DNA of 63,981 nt, filler included, from Phoronis australis (taxonomy: Eukaryota > Animalia > Phoronida), in NCBI GenBank assembly GCA_002633005.1. It is 4 parts of 4 records of this genome, joined end to end, with 100 filler letters (N's around TTAATTAATTAA, not from the genome) between each part and the next. Parts side by side here need not be neighbours in the genome. Positions count along the whole stretch, not along the records: positions 1 to 23,840 come from NMRA01001366.1; positions 23,941 to 53,247 come from NMRA01000375.1; 2 more parts are not named here. The stretch is one strand, 5' to 3'. The notes beneath the pieces were generated by a model that saw nothing but the letters and a program-made list of their open reading frames with translations, had not been told where the DNA came from and did no database searches. Position 1 is the first letter of the stretch, and every line of letters starts with the position of its first letter. Made by a program: the position numbers and the translations under genes. This document shows, one piece after another, positions 14,011 through 26,652 of the stretch.

Positions 14011-14767
14011 GCGACGCATCAGTCGGCAAGTTTTCGCCCTGTGATGAGCACAATTTTTTAAAAAATTATCGTAATTTAACAACGAAAGTTGATAGCAATG
14101 CACCACAATTTTGTAGAAAGACTGTCATAGGCTACAAATACGTCACAGAGCGTAAATTTGATGAATCCTAGCTTCCGATTTTACCCGTTGGGAAACCGGG
14201 TTTCAACTGCCGTAGGCTACAATAAGCGTCCCCTCCCTGTGAAATGAATTTTTCTAAGCGTTTATTAGAGCCAATACAGTATACAGCTTTCCACCAAGGC
14301 TGCTACGACATTATTCTTTGTTGCATTAGTAACTGGTCTTGGCCAATTATCATTTTATGGCCTGGTCATCGATTCAGGAAAAAGTAGTTCTAGAGGTGGC
14401 TTATCAGCCAATTACTCACGCATGCTGACTCACAATAGAAGCCTGATAAGAGTGAAGGTGGATAAATGCAGTGTTCCTACAGTTTCTTGTGGTAGTGGAT
14501 GTGTTCACGACATAAAAAAGTTACAAAAAAGTCTGTCGTCGATGACCCGCTTACGCACTCACTCTCATATGCAGACGAACTTCAAAACAAACGTCATGTG
14601 ACAACAACATGTGTGTTCACCATGAGATTTTTCTCGTGTTGTGGGGTATGATGTAGTGCAGATTTGGACTTAATCGCAATTAATCTGTACTCCACATGAA
14701 CTTTAAAAATTGTAAAACATAAGGAAGATTTCAGGTAATTTGTTGAGTCGAAGCTATATTTTTATTC
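14011..14767. mobile_element. Right part and an internal fragment of the inverted-repeat element
   Basis: 14011-14512 matches about 22632-23092 (ends aaggtggataaatgc...agtggatgtgttcacgacat). 14523-14767 matches about 5676-5921. Confidence 0.6.
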
Positions 14768-17700
14768 CCCACGCTTCCTTCTGGCCACCATCTCCCAATA
14801 CAGGCCAGCATGCCCCACCTAACACAGTAGCTAACTCAGCCTCCATCCCCTCAAGCTTCCTTCCTCCTGCCGTTGCCTCTGATCGCCGCCAAGCCTGTAC
14901 AGGCGTCAGCCAGTGACCCCACAGGGGCTGGCACAAGGTCCGTTGCGGATGACTACGCTGGAGGTCACGACTATGAAGACGATTTATATGCTGATGATGA
15001 TGAGGAGGACGATGACTACCCCCACCATCATCTGCCTGACGCACAACTAGTGCAACAGTGGCCCTATGGGAGTACAACCACGGTAAGTCAGGAAAAGTCT
15101 GAGCAGCAACAAGTGACTCCTTCTAGTGGTCTTGTTCAGAGCTGTGGTATTACACACGAGGCTTGCAATCTCTCTTATGGTAAAAGCACTTTTAGTCAAC
15201 AGGTGATGATTTTGGTGTTGTTTACTCCTTATGTATTAGTAGTTATGTAATATATGTCTCTTTGTTTGATATAAGCATTAAAAGCATTTTTTTCTATTTG
15301 TCATTTGTGGTTGAAGAATGTTCTCAAGGTTTTCTATTCATCAAGTATTGAGACTCATCCCTGTTTGTTTTAGAATGAGGGGGCTGCCACCATTTCCTAC
15401 TCCCCTCAGAGCCAGCCAGCGACTACTCGCCCCCTCCTCCAGCCCGGCTTTCTCACCAACTCATCAGTACGCCCCGTATTCAACGCCCCTGTGCCTGTGC
15501 AGCCACTGCGGCCAGGATTTTTCTTTAACACCAATGAATCCAGTTCCATGCCCCCAAATGTTGTGATGAATACACCCGTCAACAGCAAAAAGCTAATGTC
15601 CCCTAACAAGGTAGGTGTTTGAGGATTGCGATGTCTTGGTCATAAAATCTATTAACTGCTTTTTTTCTGCAAATTTTTTCAATATCAAAGACAGTTTCTG
15701 GCTGACGTCATTGGTGAGATGAAATTTTTGATGTCAGATAAATAAATGGCTTTCAGGCATGTTGTTCTAATAAGAGACAAAAACGTAACTCGCTGTCCGG
15801 TGGTCTTAGTTCAAAAGGAATTAGATTTGGTAATTCTGTTCTTAAAATTGTAATAATTATCAAATTTAAGGTCAATGATGGTACAACTACTTTCAAGTTG
15901 CCGATCTCTTTGGCCGACACCCTTCCTACAGAAACATCGACACCGAGTAGCTTCACCAAGGGTAGACTGCCGCCACTATTTGATGCTTACTCCATTGTCC
16001 ACCTAGAGGCTGGTCCAAAGACACCCAAAACACCTTGCTCAGATCAAGAGTACGACACCAGTAATGAAGGTATAGTATGAAGAAGCATAAAGTTTATTTT
16101 GTAGCAGTTTTGTTGAATTTGGTTGAAAGCTGTGAAAAATAGTCCCAAGAGTTTCATGAATACTGTCCTGGTGTATGCTAGATCTTAAAGGGACTACCAC
16201 ATGTGCTTTTGTCGGCCCGGTAGTCTGCAACAGTAAACATTGTTAAGATACAACAAATTTGGTAGCGTGTCAAAAATACCACGTATGGGTTCTGTATTAC
16301 CCATCTTGTTGCTTTGTTAAGCTGCAAGTGTGAACTTATTACACAATTTGAATTACCCTTTCTGACCAAATGCTAAGTTTCAAAACAAANCGACTCAGCC
16401 AAGGTGGATAAATACGGTCTAGTTCAATTTTCCATACCCCGCCGTTTACCTTAACCACTGGGGTTATAACCAATTTTATTTAGTGGGAATGTTCATAGCA
16501 TGAGTGAGCAATGAATTGGCAGTAAAGTTGATACAACTTATTCACAGCTAGTCTTTTGTTAGAGTTGGCTTTGTCTATTGGGCCATTATGTTCTGGCGGT
16601 AACAATGTATTATAAAAAAGCACTATTATCTCATGTCAGCAGGCCTGACTTGAGCCTGTTAATTGGATTACATATGAATATAGGGGAACATTGAGAAATA
16701 TTTTGTTTTGCTGATAACAGGGAGGTCACTGTTGCTAAATGTTGTGAGGCTTAGACGATTCTCAGAGCATTTTTTTGTCTTTGAAATTCTTGGAAAATGT
16801 AGGCAATATTAAAGTGATATTGAAGTGACGATGTTTATGCTTATATCTTATATTACCTAACTGTTACGTAACTGATGTGGAGATCAATCCATTGGTTTAT
16901 ATATTATGGGCTACAAGCTTAAATATACAAATTAATAAACTATTAAGTGACATAACCATGTTTAATATTCAATAATCTTGTAATCACCATGTGTTGGTCA
17001 GGTCCCCACTTTGAGCCCATCATTTCTCTGCCTGACACAGTGAAAGTGAAGAGTGGCGAAGAGGATGAAATTGTCCTATTTGAATCACGTGCCAAGCTCT
17101 ACCGCTGGGATAAGGAATGGAAAGAGCGAGGCCTCGGTCAGGTCAAGGTTTTATTAAATGAGACCACTGGCCGGGCTCGGCTGCTGATGAGAAGAGACCA
17201 GATTCTTAAGCTCTGTTTGAACAGTTCCATCACGGCAGAGTTGAATCTGGTGGAGGGAAGTCAGCCAGGAGTGACGTGGATATGGTACTCCATGGACTTT
17301 GCCGAGGACGAACCCAGACCAGAAAAGTTTTGCATTCGCTTCAAGACCATGGACGAAGCAAAACAGTTCAAGACTGAGGTACTGCTGGAGTCTGCTCTTA
17401 AAAGTAGTCACTCAAAGACTTAACAAATGTATTTAGTCATAAAATTTCGAAAGAAATTGCATTTCCACCCAGTTGCTCACAATATTGTGACCTGTGTTTG
17501 TAAGTGTGTCATTCGCAGACAATGATCTGGTCAGTCCAAAAATGTTTCAGGTACATATAAATTCCCAAGTTGTAATTTTATGGGTGTTTAATCATTTGTC
17601 CGTGTGTGTTGTTTAAGGCATTGTGTTATTAGTTCCAAATAGCTGTCATCATCCAGTTTTGGAAAACGTGCCTTGTAATGAAACATAGAAAAACAGTTCA

Positions 17701-19113
17701 TCTTTAAAATGTAGACAAAAGTGTATTACACAAGTTGATCGAATTGTGTGAGCTAGTAAATGAAAAGCTTTGTCAATTACAGCACACCAGAGGTCTGGAA
17801 AGGAATTAGAAATTCTTGCTCAAATGCTCTGTTAATGTTTTTTCTAGTGTACATTATCCATTTATCGTAACCTTTGCCTCATTGTTTACAGGTTTATAAA
17901 AGGGTTGAGAAGGCTAAACAAGTGTCACCCACGAAACCATCAGAGCCTGTGCCAGACACAACCACAGTAGTTGCTGCTGAGAGTAAGCATGTGGATGACC
18001 TCATGTCAAAGTTCAAGCCTCCAGCTGATAGTTGGACCTGTACTGGGTGTTATATTGTGAATGCTGCTGAAGTGGCTCAGTGTCCTGCATGTAACACAGT
18101 GAAGCCAGGCTCTACTCCTGCTGCTCCTGAGGCAGGTAAGTGGACTGGGGTGTGATGAGTGACAAATGTCAAATGGACGTCTCTTTACAACAGGGGAGCC
18201 ATGGTAATGGGGGAGAATCCGGTTTACTAGAGAAGGTACTGCTGGGGAAGTAGTATCTGTTCAAAAGTGCCGTAAAGCAGCAAATTTGNGTAGTATCTGT
18301 TCAAAAGTGCCGGAAAGCAGCAAATTTGGTTGTTTAGCTGCCTCAGGTTGACTTCCAGGGGTTGGCGTGTATTTTGCCATCTTCTGGGGGAGTCGCTGTT
18401 TTGGCATTGTGGTATTGTCTGCAATTAGGTATTTGGGTTTAGAGGTATTGTCTGGTACCATTAGTTTAACTTGGTGTCATTTCCAGTAGAGTTTTTCATT
18501 TGGTATTACCCGTAGTACCCATTTTCTCAGTCGGTCAGTTCTGAACATGTGGTGCCACCAATGGAGGTGTCCACCTTTTGAGTGGAGTACAGGCACTCTT
18601 CAAATTTGATTAACTATGTCTGACCAACAGACTGTAAATATTTTGTAAAAAGTGACATCTGGCATGTTAATATATTTTTGTCATTTTGACCAAACATCAG
18701 GTCCTAAACATGGTTAATAGTCAGCTAAATTTCGGTCTTTGCTAAGAACAGTTTCGGTGTTAGTTTTGGTAGTGAAAATTCTTATTAAACAAAGGTAACA
18801 CAATTTTCCCTGAAGTTATTCTGTTGGTCAAAGCCCAGACGAAAATTTTCACAAAAAAAGTCCCTGAAAATTGCTTGAGAGTAATTCTAATTTCTCTATT
18901 CTAAGGCACATTTCTGTCCTTTCACTGTAGCAGCTGCTGAGAGTAAGCCAGTGGATGACTTCATGGCAAAGTTCAAGCCTCCAGCCAATAACTGGACCTG
19001 TGATGGATGTTATATTGTCAATAGAGAGGAAGTGACACGCTGTCCAGCATGTGAGACTGTGAAGCCAGGCTCTACACCAGCTGACTCAAAGACTACACCC
19101 ACTACAGGAGCAG
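14768..19113 (+). pseudogene. RanBP2/Nup358-like cassette copy 3
   Basis: Exons A (to 15082 or 15202), 15374-15610, 15870-16068, RBD 17002-17378, ZnF 17892-18135 and 18931-19113. Exon A has CAG->TAG (ctaacacagtag) and ttctg in place of the ttcag of copy 2. The RBD has a 3-nt deletion (RWDKEW). Downstream exons are still open. Confidence 0.7.
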
Positions 19114-20526
19114 GTAAGGGACTAGGGTGGGAAGAGTTGGCATCGCTTATTAGCAATTGCAAACAGGTTTACTTTAAAATTATTGGTGGTAAGTCAAGGT
19201 TTCGAAATAATATTAGTGCTTGAGCTTGTAATCCATGTTGTGCTTGATGACAGGTACAATTGAGCTACAAACTTTGGTCGGAACTTGAAATTTCAACTTT
19301 AATCTCAAATCTTTAGCTTGATGGTTTTCTAGGATTCCCAAAATATAGCCAAATTTGGCAAACCTCACATCATATCTGAAATTGCTGATTAGATTCATAT
19401 GAAATTTTCATATGCCATGCTTTATGCACTGTTCAACAAAACTCTTTTAGGAATTGTTTTTAAAAATGCCCACTTTTGCACGGGGGCTACCGTAAACATG
19501 CTATAAACATTCCCACTAAATGAGATTGGTCCTAACCTCGTTTGTCAAGGTAAATGGTGGGGTTTGGAAAATTGAACTAGACCGTATTTATCCACCTTGG
19601 CTGAGTCGCGCTCGGCTCACGATCAAAGGGATGCTGCCAAGCTGCTCTATTCATCAAGTCACGAGCGAGGATAATTGGCTTCGCTCATGCGGATATGATC
19701 AGCTGATTGCAATCTAGCGAGTAGCAGACTGTACTTTTTTTGGAGAGAGTTTTACATAGTTTTTACTGTAATATTTGAAAAGAGGAGCGAAAACAAATAT
19801 GAGTACAACTTTGAATTTTTCAAATCGGCCCAGGATAAGAGATTTTGCAACACAGCAACACCGTCACGATTACTCTCATTCGGCGCGCACGAATACAAAA
19901 ATATAGGACCCAAGTTATTTAGATTTTGGAACACATGCATTGCAATATTCAAAATACTTTTATTATGAATCTTACAAGCTGTAAAACGACGTTGTTAATT
20001 TCATTGTGTTCATTCATTGTCATCCGTCAAATCGGCTATTTCCGAGATGTGATCTCAGCGTGCGCGTATGTGCACAAAACACGTGATTGTTATGTTCCTG
20101 AAGTACGAAAATTAAGAAACTTTAGCATGCCGTTATTATTGACAGGGACACGATAAAACGAATTTGGATTTTGACTATAGTCTTGATACAGCGAGCTGGC
20201 TGACCACTGCGTCAGTGTCTCCGTTAGACCCAGAAATTTCACACAGCTCGGGTAGTTCACCTCGTCCCCAGCATGTAGATCGAGCCTTGGACTATTAATA
20301 CTCCACGGTAGAGCAAACGACCGTCGGCCTGTGCACACAAAATCCCTGAGTTAACCAGCACTCACTTTGCACGTTGCAGTGTTTAAGTGAAAAACAATCT
20401 AGTCAACGCCATTTTCTTGCATAATCCTCCGCCTTTTGTAACAAAAAATTCTGTTGTCGATGACCCGCACACGTACGCTCACTCACTCTCATATGCAGAG
20501 GAACTTTAAAACAAACGTCACGAGAC

Positions 20527-20693
20527 TGTGGTAACTGTCTTAGTATGTAGTGGGCGTGTCTTCGACGGTCTAGTCAAGTTGTTAGAGACCTCGTGGTTCA
20601 GTTCGGGTCTGGCTGTTGGCCAGAACACATGTATACTCCATAGTTGTGCTAATAAATACTTATATCGTAAATGTGATCGTTTTGGTTGATACA
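20527..20693 (+). repeat. 5' LTR (167 bp) of the Gypsy element, followed by a PBS-like sequence
   Basis: TG...CA termini and an internal AATAAA. Followed by ttcggcgtcgaggat (decayed PBS-like) and the gag ATG at 20726. Confidence 0.7.
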
Positions 20694-20725
20694 TTCGGCG
20701 TCGAGGATAAACGACAGGAACCGTT

Positions 20726-22301
20726 ATGGCCGTTCACGGTACAGTTAGTGCTTTTAACGCACAAGTTGAGACGTGGTCGAGTTATGTGGAAAGACTGGAC
20801 TATGTCTTCTACTTTGTGACGAACGATATTGATAAGGCGGAGAAGAATCGTGCAATATTTTTGACCATGTGCGGTCCAGAAACATACCAACTGCTCCGAA
20901 ACTTAATACAGCCGGATAAGCCAGTTGACAAAACGTTTTCACAGCTGATCAAAAAGTTAAGTGACCACTTTGCGCCTACACCGAATCCAATTGTGAGTCG
21001 TTTCAAGTTTAACTCCGCAGTTCGTGAAAAACCGGAGTCCATCGCAAGTTTTGTTAGTCGGCTTCAGGAGTTAGCGGCGACATGCGACTTTGGAGATATA
21101 CTCAATGACATGTTGCGGGACCGTCTGGTCTGCGGTGTCCAAAATGTGGATATGCAAAAGCGGCTGTTTGCGATCCAAAACCTAACTTTCGCAAAAGCAT
21201 ACGACACCTGTGTCAGCATGGAGGCGGTGGCCTCGAACATCGGTTTAATATCGAACTGCAGCCCCCAGCCTCATCAAGTTAATCAGATTCAGCCCAGAAG
21301 ATTCAAGCCCAAGTCCAAGCAAGCTGACCAACGGAACCACGGTAAGACAAAATGTTTTCGTTGTTGGGGTAGTCATGACCCTTCGCAATGTGGTTTCATT
21401 GAGGCGTCGTGTTATGCTTGTGGCGAAAGGGGCATATCAAAAAAGCTTGTAAGGTAGGTGTCAAATCTGGACAAAAATCTGGCCGCACAAATTATTTAGA
21501 TGGAGATGGCTTCTTGTTGAACAATTTGCAGAGTGCTGTTCAAATGGAACCGCCTGTGGGGTTCGCCGCGAACCATTGTCTGCAGATCAGTTTTTGACAG
21601 TCACTTCGGGCGCGACAAGCCAGAACTGGATAGCGTGAATGATAATTTATTTACATATACAAAGTCTAAGATCACGTTACAAGGAAGGCGCGAATTAATG
21701 TCTCGTTTAATGGTCAGTTACACGACTTGCCGTTGTTGGTGGTCCCGGGAGATGGGCCGAGTTTGCTTGGACGGGATTGGTTGAGAGCATTGCTAGGCCC
21801 AGGTTGGAGCCACGTGTTGCAGTCCGACTGGAAATCTGTTAACAAACTATTTGGTGAGGACATTGATGCGTTGTTGAAGTCGTATTCACATCTGTTTGCT
21901 GATGAACTTGGTAACCGCAAAGATTTTGTGGCGACTATCCATGTTCCACCAAATGCTAAGCCGAGATTTTTCAAGGCCCGTCCCGTACCGTTTGCCCTGC
22001 AGTCAAAGGTAGATGAGGAATTAGACCATCTGGAGGCGATTGGCGTAATCAGTAAAGTGCAGTTTTCGAACTGGGCAATGCCTATGGTGCCTATAGTAAA
22101 ATCTAATGGAAAAATCCGGGTGTGCGGTGATTTTTGCATAACTGTCAATCAGGTGGCATTGTTGGATAAGTACCCGATCCCAAGAATAGACGAGCTTCAG
22201 GCGAAGCTTGCACAAGGCGTTCAATTTTCAAAATTGGACATGAGTAATGCATATTTGCAAATGTCGGTGTTCGAGCCGTCAAAGGAATATTTGACTATTA
22301 A
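20726..22301 (+). mobile_element. Ty3/Gypsy gag, decayed protease and RT N-half (Mag-like); degenerate
   Basis: Gag (WSSYVERL..MLRDRLVCG) with two zinc knuckles (CFRCWGSH..C, CYACGERGH across a frameshift), SLLGRDWL, ARPVPFAL, RVCGDF, KYPIPRIDEL, FSKLDMSNAYLQ. Ends EYLTI at a TTAA. Confidence 0.93.
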
Positions 22302-22499
22302 GTATCAGTCCACGGATCCACCGACCACTGTACAGCCAACAAGCGGCAAGGTGGGGGGTCAGCCATTCAGATCCATGTTTAGTCTGATAAATCACATTAG
22401 GGATGACCGAAATTGGGTGAATTATGACACCACAAAGTTTGGTGGTTTAGGAGATACAAGGGAAGTGTTCTGGGGGGCAAAATGAGGCAATTTCTTGGT
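22302..22499. mobile_element. Left end of the TTAA-inserted DNA element
   Basis: Interrupts the RT after actattaa. The same sequence recurs in reverse complement at about 57728-57925. Confidence 0.75.
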
Positions 22500-23365
22500 N
22501 AATCGCAATTAATCTGGACTCCACATGAACTTTAAAAATTGTAAAACATAAGGAAGATTTCAGGAAAGTTGTTGAGTCGAAACTATATTTTTATTCAAGA
22601 GTTCAAGTTTTCCTATTGACGATCGCAATTCAGCGACGCATCAGTCGGCAAGTTTTCGCCCTGTGATGAGCACAATTTTTTGAAAAATTATCGTAATTTA
22701 ACAACGGAAGTTGATAGCAATGCACCACAATTTTGTAGAAAGGCTGTCATAGGCTACAACTACATCACAGAGCGTAAATTTGATGAATCCTAGCTTTCGA
22801 TTTTACCCGTTTGGGAAACCGGGTTTCAACTGCCGTAGGCTCACTACAATAAGCGTCCCCTCCCCGTGAAATGAATTTTGCTAAGCGTTTGTTTGAGCCA
22901 ATACAGTATACAGCTTTCCACCAAGGCTAGGTGATGCAAGACATTATTATTTGTTCTTTGTTGCATTATAGTAACTGGTCTTGGCTAATTATCATTTTAT
23001 GGCCTGGTCATCCATTCAGCCAAAAGTAGTTNTGAAGGTGGATAAATGCGGTGTTCCTACAGTTTCTTGTTTTAGTGGATGTGTTCACGACATGTAGGTC
23101 AAATTTTTTTATGGCAAATTATGATTATTCATTCATTTTACTTCTCAAAACATTGCTTTAAAACAATTAAACTTCATTTTAAACGTCATTTCATTTTGAA
23201 AATCATCACCTTCTCCACGACTGGGTAGCTCATGAAATTTCCATCAAAATTTTCCGGTTTTTGTATATAATTGGCTACACGCTTACATATACAAATTAAT
23301 AAACTATTAAGTGACATAACCATGTTTAATGTTCAATAATCTCATAATCACCATGTGTTGGTCAG

Positions 23366-23745
23366 GTCCCCACTTTGAGCCCGTCATTCCTCTGCCTGAC
23401 ACAGTGGATGTGAAGAGTGGCGAAGAGGATGAAATCGTCCTATTTGAATCACGTGCCAAGCTCTACCGCTGGGATGATAAGGAATGGAAAGAGCGAGGCC
23501 TCGGTCAGGTCAAAGTTTTACTAAATGAGACCACGGGCCGGGCTCGGCTGCTGATGAGAAGAGACCAGATTCTTAACCTCTGTTTGAACAGTTCCATCAC
23601 GGCAGAGTTGAATCTGGTGGAGGGAAGTCAGCCAGGAGTGACGTGGATATGGTACTCCATGGACTTTGCCGAGGACGAACCCATACCAGAAAAGTTTTGC
23701 ATTCGCTTCAAGACCATGGACGAAGCAAAACACTTCAAGACTGAG
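23366..23745 (+). CDS. Further RanBP2-like Ran-binding-domain exon
   Basis: 380-nt exon with intact AG/GT and its own substitutions (PVIPLPDTVDVK, ILNLC, EPIPEK, KHFK). The contig ends before the zinc-finger exon. Confidence 0.8.
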
Positions 23746-23840
23746 GTACTGCTGGAGTCTGCTTTTAAAAGTAGTCACTCAAAGACTTAACAAATGTATT
23801 TAGTCATAAAATTTGCTCACAATATCGTGACCTGTGTTTG

Positions 23841-23940
23841 NNNNNNNNNNNNNNNNNNNNNNNNNNNNNNNNNNNNNNNNNNNNTTAATTAATTAANNNN
23901 NNNNNNNNNNNNNNNNNNNNNNNNNNNNNNNNNNNNNNNN
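23841..23940. other. Artificial contig spacer N44-TTAATTAATTAA-N44
   Basis: Six-frame-stop linker, identical at three positions. Confidence 0.95.
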
Positions 23941-26174
23941 CACTGCAGACTCCCTCGACTCGATCACAACGATTACTATCAAATTGAGTACGTAATTTTC
24001 CCACAGGTAATGGTTTCATCTAATTCTAAGAGTAATAGTTAGACTGTTCAGCTCATACAGGGAGCAATATCGTCATCAAAATGTTCAAGAAACGAATAAA
24101 TTACCTGGTTAAGGCGAACTTCTCTTCTTCGGAGCAGTACCGGAAACAGCTGATTAGTTGCCGAAAGGTCAAACCGCACAGCATTATGGGCAACATTCGT
24201 TTGTTTTGATCACGCAGATTTTAAGAAAATAAAAAATAAAAGAAAAAATATGTACAGGCAGCAGATCGACCCCATACTTACGAAAAGTTCTAATTAAGTG
24301 TCAGAGAGTATGTTTCAATGGTTTTTATGCAGATTCACGATGTTTTTAAAACGTCTACAAACGGATCATATGACTTTAAACGGTTCGTTAAAATGTTTTA
24401 GTTCCTCATTTGTCGACTGAAGCGTCACCGGCGTTCCATACTTTATCTAGCCAGTCAGCTTTGTACACTGTTTCACAGTGCTACTAAAGGTAGCACTGTG
24501 AAATGTTGTTTAACACAGCTTCTCATTTGTTAAAGTAATGAAACCAACGTCATAAAATTCAGTCAGTCATTCCCATTGGATGAAATCTGATATACCCCAT
24601 TCAGTTTACTGTTACGTAGTATGGCGACGACCTTTGACTTTTGTATAGTTCCCTTCATTTTCAATAAACGAGATTTTCACATACTTTTCTGTGACCATTT
24701 TAATAGTGTCGTTAATGATTATCAAAACATTGCAAGCTTTGCAACATCAAAATGACTGTAATTTCTTTTTGATTGTTGCGAGTAGAAATTGTCGAGATAT
24801 ATTCGAAACAGTTGTATTATATTCTTTAAATAGAGATAGAAAATTGTTGATCTTCTTTTTCATTTTCAGCAACTTTATTCCTCGGCATTTTTAAAACAGA
24901 AGTAGCAGCAATTGTTCTAACTTCATCTTCAACCGTCGATAAGTAACTAGAAAATGGAAGGAAAAATCCAAGCACGAGATTGTTCTTCTAGAATTTAGTG
25001 GCAAAAAGTTTGAAAATCGGTGAAGTTTGCAAAAAAGTAAGCCATACCAGAAACAGGTATGCGAAAGCATCAATGGCGGTAGTCGCGTTTGCGGTCAAAC
25101 GATCAGGCAGGTGGCAGCGTTCATCAGCCAACCTACGCGAAATTCATTCATTAAGTAAGACAGGTTTTACATAATGTATTGCATGAAACTGTTCTTCTGT
25201 AGTCAATGGAAAGGCCTGTTACTGAAGAAACAATGTATTTGATGTTCACGGTCTAACAGCAGAATTGTTTCCTTCTCGACAAACTGTGGCCGACTAGTCT
25301 TGCTGCGACATGGGGATCACAGAGACTTGCCGGTGTACTGTGTCCCTCATCTGCCCGCGATTTTTTGCTTTCATTTTTAGTTTAGATGTTTAATATCTAC
25401 TTCAATTGAACGATAATCAGGAATAAAATCGGATATTTTGCGTTATAAACTGGCAAAAACGCATCGGCGGGACACTGAATATGAAGCGGTTACGTGGCTT
25501 TATCAGAAGGGATTAGCGTAGTTCAGGTTATAGTTCAATAACGCTAGGACCTCGCTAAAATCTAGCCAAAATCACGTGTAGTCATTTATAATATACGGCA
25601 ATATCTCACGTAATGTCGCCAAGTCTTGCTTTTTAGCGAGGACCTACTGAACTCTACCCGGATACCACCCTTACCTGTCAATCATCGGTTAACTGAAGAC
25701 AAAGAGAATACAATGCCTCGGGGAAAACGCTTCAAAACAACACTTTTTGAAAAATAAAACAAATTTATTAATCGTTTACTTGTTTAATCATAGATAGAAC
25801 CAAATACACCGAAGAAAACTTAATGTCTAAATTTTAAGAAGTCTAACGGATTTTTAGTCCTTAAAGCCCACTACAGAATGAAGTCGCTGCGGTCGGCAAC
25901 AGAAACTTCCGAAAGATTAGTGTATACTCCGCGGTGCTCTTATTTGGCGGAACTATTTTGTGGTGAGTCGTTTACTTGGATTTCTGAACTGGACAAAGTT
26001 TCTGAATGTTGAACATGGGTTAACTTTTGAAGCCACAGTAAAAACTTAGTACTGAAAGGCAAAAACATGCACCCTAGGCCCCAAAGGATAGGAAAACGTG
26101 AGACCTTCTACTAACATGTGGGGACCGGCAGCGGTAGAAAAGGAAGTAGGGTATGGAAGTAAGAATTATCCGTT

Positions 26175-26286
26175 TTCACACACGCCACATGCTTGTCACA
26201 TCACGTGACCTATTGGTAGTCCTCAAAAATGGCTGTCAGACTTAGCTATAGGTCCCGTGATGTGACCAGCATATGGCGTGTGTGAA
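26175..26286. repeat. Foldback, MITE-like (about 39-bp imperfect inverted arms)
   Basis: ttcacacacgccacatgcttgtcacatcacgtgacctat ... ataggtcccgtgatgtgaccagcatatggcgtgtgtgaa. Confidence 0.7.
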
Positions 26287-26652
26287 GACCAATGAGTACT
26301 GCTTACGATATCAGCGCGCTGATTTGTAACAACACAATAAGAAAGTGTGCTTTCAAAATGTATGACTAGTGTACTTCAGTGTTCACAAATAATAGCAGTC
26401 TATTTATCTTTCCAAATGCGATGGCCGGGGATGAAAATTCACTTTCCCAGTTATCCGATGGATGTTGGGAAGAGGTTCAGTATTTTTAGCGCGTGTGGGC
26501 CCAATGTGAATATGGCGCGCGAAAAACTCGCTCAAATTTGAACTCTTGTATCGCTCACTGTTTGTGCGTGGTTCCCATAGTGGACGTTAAGGCCCGTAGA
26601 TTTTCTTAACATGTATTATATAATCAAAGCTAAACTAATGAACTGTTTGCAG

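Larger units (their letters stand above)
19499..23092. mobile_element. Inverted-repeat non-autonomous element with both ends present, hosting the Gypsy insertion
   Basis: Left ccgtatttatccacctt (19582) pairs with right aaggtggataaatgcgg (ends 23051). The outer aacattcccactaaa pairs imperfectly with tttagtggatgtgtt. Interrupted at 20526/20527, where the uninterrupted copy near 5750 continues acaacaacatg. Confidence 0.6.

Noticed and set aside
18250-18330. Short direct repeat around N18289
   Set aside because: Overlap at a contig join; single copy in the paralogous intron near 9481.
23885-23896. Recurrent TTAATTAATTAA palindrome as a biological motif
   Set aside because: Always centred in 44+44 Ns; a synthetic linker.
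25877-26575. Candidate first exons of the guanylyl cyclase
   Set aside because: Plausible AG/GT segments exist, but I could not build a stop-free, phase-consistent path with a signal peptide.
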